DNA of 64,000 nucleotides from a virus (lineage: Duplodnaviria > Caudoviricetes): positions 81,488-145,487 of the IMG/VR virus record IMGVR_UViG_3300037067_007264. One strand, given 5' to 3'. The notes beneath the pieces were generated by a model. It was not told where the DNA came from, did no database searches, and saw only the letters and a list, made by a program, of their open reading frames with translations. The stretch's first letter is position 1; every line of letters begins with the position of its first letter. A program made the translations under genes and the position numbers. Positions 45,185 to 54,748 of this stretch are shown here, in pieces.

Positions 45185-45961
45185 ATGCTAATAAAAACCA
45201 CATCAGCTTGTTCCGGTGGTTGTTCCCATTGCATGGAGGATGCAACTCCATCTGGTGAGCACATGGACATGGACACGTTCATGCGAGCACTCGACTTTAC
45301 TGAGAGGGCAGAGTGTGAGGTTATCAAGGCTGGGATGCCGGTGATGCTAATGCTCTCAGGAGGAGAGTGTACAGACAACCCTCTCATCGTTGAGATGGCC
45401 TCCCAGGTAGTCAAGAGAGGATGGATCCTCTCTATTCTAACTCACGGTCTTTGGCTTGATAACAAGGAACTCAGAGATGAACTTCTTCGAGATGATTGGA
45501 AGAATGTTCTCATTCAAGTTACCAATGATGATCGGTACTACCCTCGCAAGCCTCCAAAGTTAGAGCATCCGAGGGTGGTTTATGTGAATAAGCTCCTTGT
45601 TTTATCGACCCTTGGTCGAGCTGCAAAACCCACGTTTGATCCTAAGGGGTTAACTCCTCGATCGGCTCCAAGCAGCTTCAACTTCAGATCTCTCACTCGT
45701 TCGTACAAGTCCATGCCTATGGCAATCAAACTCTTGAGGGCTCGAGGTTGTATTGGGCTGGCTGGGTTCTGTACCCCCTCGGTGACTCATGAGGGTGTGG
45801 TTGTTGCTGGTGAAAGCCGATTCTGCTACCCAATAGGAACCGTCGACAGTTCGAATGAGGAATTGACAGCAGCTGTTCTCTCAATGGGATCCTGCAACCG
45901 ATGCGGACAAGAATCTAACTTGGATTCAAGGCACAAGCAAGCGATAGGGGTTCCAGAGTGA
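45185..45961 (+). CDS. Radical SAM protein
   Basis: CxxxCxxC (CSGGCSHC), SGGE motif, C-terminal Cys cluster (twitch/SPASM-like). Confidence 0.85.
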   Translation: MLIKTTSACSGGCSHCMEDATPSGEHMDMDTFMRALDFTERAECEVIKAGMPVMLMLSGGECTDNPLIVEMASQVVKRGWILSILTHGLWLDNKELRDELLRDDWKNVLIQVTNDDRYYPRKPPKLEHPRVVYVNKLLVLSTLGRAAKPTFDPKGLTPRSAPSSFNFRSLTRSYKSMPMAIKLLRARGCIGLAGFCTPSVTHEGVVVAGESRFCYPIGTVDSSNEELTAAVLSMGSCNRCGQESNLDSRHKQAIGVPE

Positions 45962-46332
45962 CCTCTGACAATGACATCGAATCCTATTGGATGGATGTCC
46001 GTCCTGTTCGCTTACCGCAGGCAGAGCCAGAGGTACCGGAATCACCTAAAGAACCATGGCACCCCTACCCATTCAACTCACTTCGTATCCTTCTGAATGC
46101 AGCTGGGAGTCATGGTTGTAACTGCCGCAGGGGTTTCACCAGTTTAGAGGGAGATCTAGGATTCAGGTGTGCATGTGGGATGGTATTCCGAATCGGAATA
46201 GCTAATGCAAGAAGAACCGCAGGGGGCTTACTTAGTTACATGCATACTACTGAGTCCAGAACGAGAACCGCGCTGAGACTCACCTATGACCCTAGACAGA
46301 TTCTAATTGAACTCGAGAACTTGAGAGAGTGA
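45958..46332 (+). CDS. Hypothetical protein with N-terminal DIESYW..RP tag
   Basis: NDIESYWMDVRP; Cys cluster. Confidence 0.6.
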   Translation: MTSDNDIESYWMDVRPVRLPQAEPEVPESPKEPWHPYPFNSLRILLNAAGSHGCNCRRGFTSLEGDLGFRCACGMVFRIGIANARRTAGGLLSYMHTTESRTRTALRLTYDPRQILIELENLRE

Positions 46333-47516
46333 TATGCTCAAAGTAAACATACTTGCTGGGTTAGTCTGTGCTGTGCTTCTTGGTGGGGTAGCACTCTATC
46401 TGAGCTACAGGTCAAACAATCCAACACCGAATAATATCGTCTTTATGAAGTACCCTGGGGCCAACCTCTGCTTTGCTACTGTGGGTTGGAGCACTAGTAT
46501 GCAGACGATGGCCACGGTCCGTTGTGAGGACGTGCCTGAGGGCAAGCTACACACCTTCGAGGGACAATGAGTCTCCACAAGTTTGACCCAGAGTGCCCCG
46601 ACTGCAGGCCTGTGATCATTAACCCAGGTACGGGCAAGTTGCTGCCACCAGATCACCCAGTTATGTTAGCAGTGAATAAGGTCTGGGAGGCTTCAACCCT
46701 CGAAGACCGAGAGGCATTCCATCGGGTGACTGTACTAAACAGTCAAGTCCCTGATGACCTTCGGCGGATGCAGATTATGGCAGAGCGCATCGAAGCTATG
46801 GCAGCTAACTGAGTCCTCTGGTGTAGTTGGACTCCATGGCAGAATTCAAATCCCCCGCTGAAGAGAGTGCAACCAATATTCTTGAAGGAGTTCAGATACT
46901 TCAGAAGTATAACCCTAAAGCAACCCTCGTAGCTCTAGATAAAGCCGTCTATTGTGACGGACCTTCCCCGGATGACGAGGGAGAGGATGACGAAGAAGAA
47001 GAAGCTGACGATGAGGAGAGCAACGAAGGGAAGAAGTTTACCTCCGCTATCGTAGAGCAGCTTGAAGATCTTGGTTGGGAATGGGATGAGGAACAAAGTG
47101 CTTGGGGCTATTACACGGGGCATGGATGAGTCCCTAGACAACCCGGTTCGTTTAATGTAAGGTACTAATGGCGGATCCCATGAAGAATGACGATGACAAA
47201 GGGTACATTGTCCTAGGTCAGGAATTTGAAGGCGGGTTCGAAGCCACGCACGTCAGTCCAGACGGAATCAGTCATGGTCAGCTATATACTGACCTGAGTT
47301 CAGCTCCTGAAGGGGTTGACACGAAGATCAACCTTGAGAGAATTGCTGGACCCTACTACAACATCAAATCAACAGAGCCCGTTAGTAGACCCGCCATGGT
47401 CAACAGTCAGGCCTATCGGAAGAACTGGGACAACATCTTTGGAGGTGGACCGGTTGTCGGGGAAGCCTGATAGTAAATAGTGAGATCTTATCCTCTGATA
47501 CGTAATACTGGGTATC

Positions 47517-48038
47517 ATGGCAACCAAAGCACTCAGTATCCTAACAGTCGTTCTGATTGGCCTATCCAACCTAGGATTTAGCTGGTATTCCAACGCTACC
47601 AGGATCACTCCTGAGAGAGTTTGCAGTACCCTCCAAAGCAAGGGTTTTACGGCCAATTGTCGGGAAGGTGCCCCGTGGGCACTTGAAGTCTTGAAATTCG
47701 ACTCCCAATGGAGGTTCTATCCAACCAAGCCAGAATTGTTTGGTTGCTACAAGGTATCGGATGAGGGTCGGTTAGTTCAATGTAAGTTTGAGGGTACAGT
47801 CACTCAGTTTGCAAGCGCAAAGGACATGAACTCGGCAGTTGACCACTTGAACCAAGTGAATCACGTGGTGAACCAAGACCCAAAGGCTGACTTTGTAGGG
47901 TCTGATACAACTTTCGAGCAATACACCGTCTACAAGTTCACCAACTTACGAATCCTGATCGTGATACCCAGGACGGAAGATGGGATACAGGTTCAGAAGA
48001 CCATTGAGGGGTTGTACGGCCCTAGTGATGATGACTAA
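47517..48038 (+). CDS. Membrane-anchored or exported protein
   Basis: N-terminal hydrophobic helix; TGAGAT-N14-CGTA promoter at 47481-47504. Confidence 0.65.
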   Translation: MATKALSILTVVLIGLSNLGFSWYSNATRITPERVCSTLQSKGFTANCREGAPWALEVLKFDSQWRFYPTKPELFGCYKVSDEGRLVQCKFEGTVTQFASAKDMNSAVDHLNQVNHVVNQDPKADFVGSDTTFEQYTVYKFTNLRILIVIPRTEDGIQVQKTIEGLYGPSDDD

Positions 48039-48657
48039 CTTCACGGGAGAACTGGAACAACATCTTTAGGTGGGAATTGGTCGTCGGGGAGGCATGAGAG
48101 CAAGATCGGCACTGGGGCGAAGAACCCAAATATGCTGATCATCCCACAGGGGCACCTGAACTGACACCGGACCTCGTCAATCCAATCCCCATGGCCATTC
48201 AAGATCCCCTTGCACTCTCTACAGTAGCAGACGCAACCATCCCGCTTGAGGGTGAACTCAGTATCGGACTTAGCTCGCCTTGCTTCTCGGCGTCTTGCCA
48301 ACCAGGCAGTAAGCATCAGAGGCACCAAGATTACATGAAGTTAGGGTATCAAGCAAGTATTTGTTGAATCTACAGCCGAAAATCTGTATGGTGCCAGCGT
48401 GGAAGCACCGCCGATTACTCTTGAAACGGCTAAAAGCCTATTGATGTACCAACTGCGCTTGTTTGGTACTAACATCATCTTAGACCTGCACAAGAGGGGA
48501 CTGATGGCTCCTGATTGGGGTGACAGACTTGAGAGAGCTGGACTAGGGCCTTGTGTTTCTCCTATTGATACCATTGACCTCGATCCAATAGCCAACGAGA
48601 TTCTATACCTTCTCAGACTCAGCGAGGAGCCCCCTAACGCCAACTATCCAGGTTTCA

Positions 48658-49149
48658 ATGGGTGAGGCCTCACAGTTCAGACTTCTCGAATCGACTCCTG
48701 GTAGGAGACCTTCGAAGACAGTTGAGATCGATTCCTATTGGGAATCGATCAAGCCCAATCCGAATCTGCTCAATGCTGATCCGGTAGAGGATGAGCCCCA
48801 AAAAAAGTACAAGAGGGGTTGCCCTCCTGATCGCGCTCTTGTGGTGCTCCACGAGGGCAAATCCGAGGTACTTGAGTACATAGGTCCAGGCCTCGATTAC
48901 CTCGCGGACGATTGTATGCTGAGGGATGAGATTGACTCCTTCTGCGAGGGTCTCTCTGGGGTCTTCATTCTCGAAGGGCGTATGATCTCGACAGGCCCTG
49001 ACTACAATGGGGAGTATGACGCCTACTTCGAGGGGGACTTCAGGGTAGCTACCAAGGAAGAATGGGCGGCTCATCTCAATGGGGAGTACATTTGGGATGA
49101 GTCCCTCTGGTACGAAAGTGAATCTGTAGGAGAATCAGATGCCAAATGA
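48658..49149 (+). CDS. Hypothetical protein, paralog of 1134..1616, N-terminal IDSYW tag
   Basis: EIDSYWESIKP; shared core with the 1134 ORF. Confidence 0.7.
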   Translation: MGEASQFRLLESTPGRRPSKTVEIDSYWESIKPNPNLLNADPVEDEPQKKYKRGCPPDRALVVLHEGKSEVLEYIGPGLDYLADDCMLRDEIDSFCEGLSGVFILEGRMISTGPDYNGEYDAYFEGDFRVATKEEWAAHLNGEYIWDESLWYESESVGESDAK

Positions 49150-49558
49150 TGACCCAACCCCAGAAGAACTCCTTTGGATGCACGCCCCAAAGTGTCGAGT
49201 ATGCAATGACTTAGCAACCCGTCGTGGGGTTCCAGCTGAGCACAATACCACCTACATAGCTACTCTTGGAGTCTTCACCAAGATCTTCACCTTACCCAAG
49301 ATGAGGACTTTTGATCAAGTAACCAACTACCTGAAGCCCTGGGAAGATCAGATCCACAATGCATTCCCAGGAGTGCCCGAATGTTTCGTAATTGAGGTTC
49401 TTCAGCCTGGTAGGGGTCCGTTCTACTGTGACTACTGTGATGGGGGTTGGTACTCGTATGAGGACCTGCCCATTATCGCTGAGGTGAGAGCAGTTAGAAG
49501 GAAACCTAAAGAGGAATCTCAGAAGACAAGGTTTGACCGAATTCTCGAGGATGACTGA
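49139..49558 (+). CDS. Zn-finger protein, paralog of 49915..50382, TRFDRI tag
   Basis: P.C.VC..LATRR...GPF.CD..; ends KTRFDRILEDD. Confidence 0.7.
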   Translation: MPNDDPTPEELLWMHAPKCRVCNDLATRRGVPAEHNTTYIATLGVFTKIFTLPKMRTFDQVTNYLKPWEDQIHNAFPGVPECFVIEVLQPGRGPFYCDYCDGGWYSYEDLPIIAEVRAVRRKPKEESQKTRFDRILEDD

Positions 49559-49914
49559 TTATGCCACTTAGTGATGAAGATTCCATGAAACGATCAGCTC
49601 ACTTAGAAGCTCTTGCGATTCTGATCCACACGGCCATTGAAGAGATCAACCCAGCTGCAGCTGGAGATGAGTATTACGACTGCGAACCTCTTGATTGTAC
49701 CGGTGGGCTTGGAGTAGCGGTCGATTCTGGGTGGATCGATTCAAAAGCAACTCAGAATGAGGATGGTACGTGGAATGACTTGTTCTTGGTCAAGCTCACG
49801 CCCATAGGAAGATTGAAGGTTTACGACCTGTTGGGGACAGGTAACTTTGATCCTACTCGTAGTGTAAGTTACGCGTATCTCATTCGAAAGAAACCAACTA
49901 CTGGTGAGTAAATC

Positions 49915-50382
49915 ATGCCTGATACCCTTGCACTTCATAATCTACTCGTCGACATAACTCCTCATTGCAGTGTTTGCGGAGGTCTAGCCACCAGAAGGTA
50001 TCGAGACCTCGCTCCAGACATCCATGTATTCAGAATCAAAATGGGTGAGCTATCCAAGCTTGCCTGGACACCAATCGACACTGCTACTCGTTCTTTGACT
50101 CTCGAGGATATCGGTAGACGTACCTTAAATTGGGTTCACCGAGAGCTGGCCGCCAGAGGTTGGGATATTCCAAACTTAGGGGAGGTTGTAGTCGAGCCTT
50201 GGTCATTTGATCAAGGACCCTTCTTCTGTGATATTCACACAGGGGTCTACGAGTCGTTGCAGTATCAAGATCTAGAGATCTCTGTTATGGTTCGCATGGC
50301 TAATCACGTTGATCTGGCTACTATTGAGCATACTCGACCTACTCGTTTTGACCGCATACTCGAGGACAACGAAGATGAGTGA
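49915..50382 (+). CDS. Zn-finger protein, paralog of 49139..49558, TRFDRI tag
   Basis: PHCSVCGGLATRR...GPFFCDIH; ends RPTRFDRILEDNEDE. Confidence 0.7.
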   Translation: MPDTLALHNLLVDITPHCSVCGGLATRRYRDLAPDIHVFRIKMGELSKLAWTPIDTATRSLTLEDIGRRTLNWVHRELAARGWDIPNLGEVVVEPWSFDQGPFFCDIHTGVYESLQYQDLEISVMVRMANHVDLATIEHTRPTRFDRILEDNEDE

Positions 50383-51286
50383 TAAAACAAGTACCATGAG
50401 CCTTGTGGCACTTGCAGGCAAGCTCCTTACCGTAGTCTTGAAGTTTGCCAAAAGCACTAAGATACTACTTGCCTTTGGGACGTTCACCACTTACTCATTC
50501 ATGTTCTCGTGGAAATTTGCTCTCCTGTTCATGTTCGGGATCGGGGTTCATGAATCGGGTCACGTCTGGGCCATGCGTCGGGAAGGGTTAAAGACCAAAG
50601 GGTTCTATTTCATACCCTTCTTCGGAGGGGTGGCCCTCTCTAAGGAAGCCTTCAAGACAAGCCGACAGGAGACCTACATCGCCTTGATGGGTCCTGCCTT
50701 CGGGATAGTCACTGTCGCTGTACCCCTTATCTTATCCCTCTGCTTTAGATCTCATTTCTGGACAGCTGCCGCCAGTTGGTTGGCATTCGTGAACTTGTTC
50801 AACTTGTTCCCGATCAACCCTCTCGATGGAGGTCGGATCATTAAGTGTATCGCGCTGTCCCTTCATCGGAAGATCGGAGTTTTTGTCCTGATGTTGGGGT
50901 TTTTGTCAGCGTTCTACTTAGCCTATCGATACAACATGGGGCTTCTGTGGTTCATCGTCTTCATTGGGATGTTAGAGGTTCCGGTTCTGAATGCCACCTT
51001 CAACTCTGTACTGGCCTTACCAATAGTGATAATCCTATCTATTGTTAGGTACTTCAAAATAGGCAAAGTCGGTTTCTATTCGACCTGGTTAGGGTATATA
51101 ATCAGAACCAGATTGGGGCTTATTGAAGGCCTAAATGGGTTCAAGGGTGATTATTGGAGACTCACTCCTAAAGAGCTGAGGAAGTACTCTCTCTGCTTTA
51201 TCGGAATGGTAGCCATTTTCCTAGCAGTTATTCTCCTGCTGAGTGGGCCGGGGGCGGATATCACCAAAGAGATTCTGAAGAGTTGA
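50375..51286 (+). CDS. Site-2 protease (peptidase M50)
   Basis: HESGH (HExxH), LMGP and NLFPINPLDGG (NxxPxxxLDG); multiple TM segments; start taken as ATG 50375. Confidence 0.92.
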   Translation: MSDKTSTMSLVALAGKLLTVVLKFAKSTKILLAFGTFTTYSFMFSWKFALLFMFGIGVHESGHVWAMRREGLKTKGFYFIPFFGGVALSKEAFKTSRQETYIALMGPAFGIVTVAVPLILSLCFRSHFWTAAASWLAFVNLFNLFPINPLDGGRIIKCIALSLHRKIGVFVLMLGFLSAFYLAYRYNMGLLWFIVFIGMLEVPVLNATFNSVLALPIVIILSIVRYFKIGKVGFYSTWLGYIIRTRLGLIEGLNGFKGDYWRLTPKELRKYSLCFIGMVAIFLAVILLLSGPGADITKEILKS

Positions 51287-51410
51287 AATGATCCTGATCC
51301 CCTTCAGAAAGACCTGATATTCGGTTTGCTCCACCCACCAAGATTTCAACCCAAGTGGTGGGTAAACCGAAATCCTTGAGATTCAAGGAAAGGTAGGGTA
51401 TCATCCGCCG

Positions 51411-51908
51411 ATGCCGGTTAGTACAAGGTATTGGCTCTACGATCAAACTCAGATCTCTGAAGAGGCTGAGTTCAACCTAGCGGGTCATCGTGAAGTCCTA
51501 ATCTTGTCACCTAATCATCGAATTGGAAGAATACCTGAAGGTATCTCTAGTTCTATCACCAGGGTACCTAGGATGAACTTCACTGGCAGTTACCTTGAAG
51601 TTACTGAAAGGGTTGTGAGGGACATACTAAGTATGGTCAACTATGGGGTGATAAACTCAGGGGTGACCAATGGGACACTCTACTTGGTTCAGTTTAGTCT
51701 CACTCGCTGGGGTGACACTGATATCGATTGGACTATTGGGGTGGCCTATACTATGAATACCCTGACCCCTCAATTCAAATGTGAGGAGGTTGCTAACTCA
51801 GGTTTTGATATTGAATGGGTGAAAACCCTACTCGGATACCCAGTACCTGAACTCAAGCCTGTCATCTACCCAACTCGATTTGAACGAATCCTTCAAGGTG
51901 ATTTATGA
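51411..51908 (+). CDS. Hypothetical protein, paralog of 44595..45125, TRFERI tag
   Basis: Ends YPTRFERILQGDL. Confidence 0.7.
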   Translation: MPVSTRYWLYDQTQISEEAEFNLAGHREVLILSPNHRIGRIPEGISSSITRVPRMNFTGSYLEVTERVVRDILSMVNYGVINSGVTNGTLYLVQFSLTRWGDTDIDWTIGVAYTMNTLTPQFKCEEVANSGFDIEWVKTLLGYPVPELKPVIYPTRFERILQGDL

Positions 51909-52447
51909 CAACTGCAAAAGGGAGAGCTTTCATCTCCGGTGCTTACAGTGGTTCAGTTAAAGAGATTGAAGAGAACATTACCCGAGCCCGGGTTGTGATC
52001 GCTGAGGTTCTTAAAGCTGGGTATGTACCTGTATGCCCGAACGTGTTCTGGAGCCCCTTTGCTGACATCCAGGATTATGACTTCTGGTTGGAAGCAGCAC
52101 TCTCTCTACTCGAGACCTGTGACCTCCTAGTGCTTGTCCCAGGCTGGGAAACCTCCTCTGGTGTCAAGAGGGAGGTCAGACGAGCGAGGGAGCTTGGGAT
52201 CCCTATTGTCAACTCTGACTTGGAACCAATGGCCTTTGGAAGTCAGGTTCCTCGCGTGAGGAAGCCTCTCACCATGGCCCAACTCAGATCCCTTGAGAAG
52301 GTGATCACCACCTTCACTGATGAACATAGGATAAGTGGCTCTGAGTGTGTTAGCCAGCAAGATGACGTCATTGTTGGTGGCTACAAGCTCATTGAGAATC
52401 TAGCTGAGATAGTCGGTTACTACCAATACCCGGATGATGAAGACTGA
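51905..52447 (+). CDS. DUF4406/DUF1937-like (nucleoside 2-deoxyribosyltransferase-fold) protein
   Basis: AFISGAYSG...P.CP...L..CD....PGWETSSGVKREV..A..LGIP. Confidence 0.75.
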   Translation: MTTAKGRAFISGAYSGSVKEIEENITRARVVIAEVLKAGYVPVCPNVFWSPFADIQDYDFWLEAALSLLETCDLLVLVPGWETSSGVKREVRRARELGIPIVNSDLEPMAFGSQVPRVRKPLTMAQLRSLEKVITTFTDEHRISGSECVSQQDDVIVGGYKLIENLAEIVGYYQYPDDED

Positions 52448-52830
52448 TGCCCCTTGAAGTGGTTAGTCAGCGAACCCCAAAAGCTCAGGATGTACTCATC
52501 AAGAGTCAAGACACATCCACGCTGTACAAGGTATCCATCATTGTGGATCCTATAGGGAGAAATGAGCAAGGAGTCTGGTTTGTTGCCTATGTTCACAACA
52601 AGGCTCATGACCCAAAAGTCTCTACTTGTACTGGTATCTGGGGTTGCAAGAGTACGGCAGTGAACTTCAATAGAACTAACCCTGATCCAAACATGAGCCA
52701 GTTGGACTCAAGGGAGTACTGGAGGATGCTCGCTCTAGACATCCTAGATACCTACTTGAGTGAAAGGCCTGAGGTCTACAAGGGACCTCGACCGACTCGA
52801 TTCGAACGTATCGTAAGTGAGGGTAGTTGA
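52447..52830 (+). CDS. Hypothetical protein with TRFERI tag
   Basis: Ends GPRPTRFERIVSEGS. Confidence 0.65.
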   Translation: MPLEVVSQRTPKAQDVLIKSQDTSTLYKVSIIVDPIGRNEQGVWFVAYVHNKAHDPKVSTCTGIWGCKSTAVNFNRTNPDPNMSQLDSREYWRMLALDILDTYLSERPEVYKGPRPTRFERIVSEGS

Positions 52831-52832
52831 CC

Positions 52833-53246
52833 ATGGCAGACATAACACGAGAGCAAGTACTAGCATACTTGAAACAACTACCCATTGATGAACTGGAAAA
52901 GCTTCTAGCGGAGGTGCCCTCAATTGATGTTGGATACCCCAATGGGGTGCGTCTAGACTCGATGCCTATTCCGATCTATGGGGCAATGAGTACAGTTAGC
53001 TACAATGATTTTGATCACGATGTCTTTCTAGTGGAGGCGGGTCCAAATAGGGTTCTTTGCCTGAAAGAGGTTAGAACCTTGATGGGGATCAGTCTTTCTG
53101 AAAGCAAACTTATCATTGATACCGTTCCTCAGAGGTTGGAGACCAGGGTTCCAATTGATGAAGCAAGGCAGATCAGGTCTAGATTTGAAAGTATTGGGGC
53201 ACAAGTTGAGATACATTTGACCGAGGATGGATCTAGAAGGGATTAG
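52833..53246 (+). CDS. rplL: Ribosomal protein bL12 (L7/L12) homolog, full length
   Basis: NTD MADITREQVLAYLKQLPIDELEKL; CTD DVFLVEAGPNRVLCLKEVRTLMGISLSESKLIIDTVP...EARQIRSRFESIGAQVEI aligns to the bL12 C-domain. Confidence 0.85.
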   Translation: MADITREQVLAYLKQLPIDELEKLLAEVPSIDVGYPNGVRLDSMPIPIYGAMSTVSYNDFDHDVFLVEAGPNRVLCLKEVRTLMGISLSESKLIIDTVPQRLETRVPIDEARQIRSRFESIGAQVEIHLTEDGSRRD

Positions 53247-53602
53247 AACTAGATGACATGTAATGTATGTGGGCACTCGTTGCGACTTGAACCGAATGGT
53301 CCTCGATGTGGACTCGTCGACGCTGAGGTTGAAGGAAGCTACAATTCAACACCGGGGAATGGATCAGGTGCACTCGATGACTGCACCAAGTACAAGTTCA
53401 GCATATGCGAGTTTTGCATCGATTGGCTCTTCACACAATGTAGGATCCCTCCAGAGGTTCACGACATGCATGGGGACCCAGACTCCACTGCTCAGTGGAA
53501 ACCTGCTGGTCAACGAGTAGCTGAAGACGAGTGGAGAACTCATAAGCGAGAGTACTCCGATGAAGCTTTGATGAGAGAGATGTCCAGACCGGGGTACAAA
53601 GA

Positions 53603-53767
53603 ATGAGTAATGTTGAGAAACCACCATCGAGTTATGGCTTTGCCATATACGTGCTAATAGGTTCCGTTGGGTATGCGATCGGTGGCCCAAGGCTATGTGC
53701 TATCTGTCTGGCCGCGGCAGCCCTACTTCGATTAATCATAGCTCATGTGACTAGTGGTGAAGTCTGA
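53603..53767 (+). CDS. Small 2-TM membrane protein, tandem paralog of 53767..53958 (absent from the ORF track)
   Basis: 54 aa; FAIYVLIGSVGYAIGG...LRL vs FALYVFFGCIGYIFGG...LRL. Confidence 0.6.
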   Translation: MSNVEKPPSSYGFAIYVLIGSVGYAIGGPRLCAICLAAAALLRLIIAHVTSGEV

Positions 53768-53957
53768 TGCCTGACAAGAGGGTCATGATTGAGGGAAAGC
53801 AAGATCTGACTCCCCTAAGTGGATTGAGCTTTGCCCTCTATGTGTTCTTTGGTTGTATAGGGTATATATTTGGAGGAGCTCAATTAGCTGTCATAACCTT
53901 GGGGGTCTTATCTGGACTTCGTCTATTGCTCTTCATACTCAGCAGGGGTAGGCACTG

Positions 53958-54308
53958 ATGCCTGACGAACCCATTGAAGAGTGTTGGAACGAGATCAGAC
54001 CCCCTCGCGATCCTGTACCCGAGCCAGTCCAGGAGACTCAGGTCATAACCTTCGATACGGATACCAGTAGTGGTCTCAATAAACACAACAAAGAAGAGCT
54101 TTGTGAGCGTATTGCAAAGAAGCTTATCGGTAAGAACCCTGATTGGACCTTGTTCGAAGACCAGGCCACCAACTTCATGACCATGACTGATGAAGCCGTG
54201 CTCGAGACAGCACGGCGGATCGGTATCCAACTGGTTGTTGCCCCGCCTCACCCCCCCTCACGTGTCCAAGAGCTTATCAACGAACTCAATGAAAAGATTC
54301 ATTATTGA
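53958..54308 (+). CDS. Hypothetical protein with N-terminal IEECW..RP tag
   Basis: DEPIEECWNEIRPPR. Confidence 0.65.
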   Translation: MPDEPIEECWNEIRPPRDPVPEPVQETQVITFDTDTSSGLNKHNKEELCERIAKKLIGKNPDWTLFEDQATNFMTMTDEAVLETARRIGIQLVVAPPHPPSRVQELINELNEKIHY

Positions 54309-54748
54309 ATCTAGCTGACCTGATTATCTCTTGACTTTACCTACCTCAAGGGACTAAGGTTGACTCCTGGCATTGCTTCTTATCCAAGGGCTTTGACTCA
54401 AAAGAAGTTGACTTTCACTCAGGTTAGGGTTCATCATCTTGAAGGAGTACTTGACCCATAGGCCAACTACTCCTAAATCAGGACTCAAGTTCTTGATTTA
54501 ACTGGTCTCATTCTTTCGACCAAAAGCGAGGATCACGATCACTCGCTCAAGCCTCCGGCTAGGAGGGCCTCTCTTGAGGCAAAGAGTTATCCAGGAGTCT
54601 ACGACCTGGGTCGGGATTTCAATGCGGTCTCGGAGGGCAAAAGAGGTAGTCGGTGAGCCAATGGGTTCCGATTCGGCAGGCAGTCTGACCCATCAAGAAA
54701 CGTGTTGTTGGACCTCAGGCTGCCCTATCTCGCTTTTAAGGAATCCAC

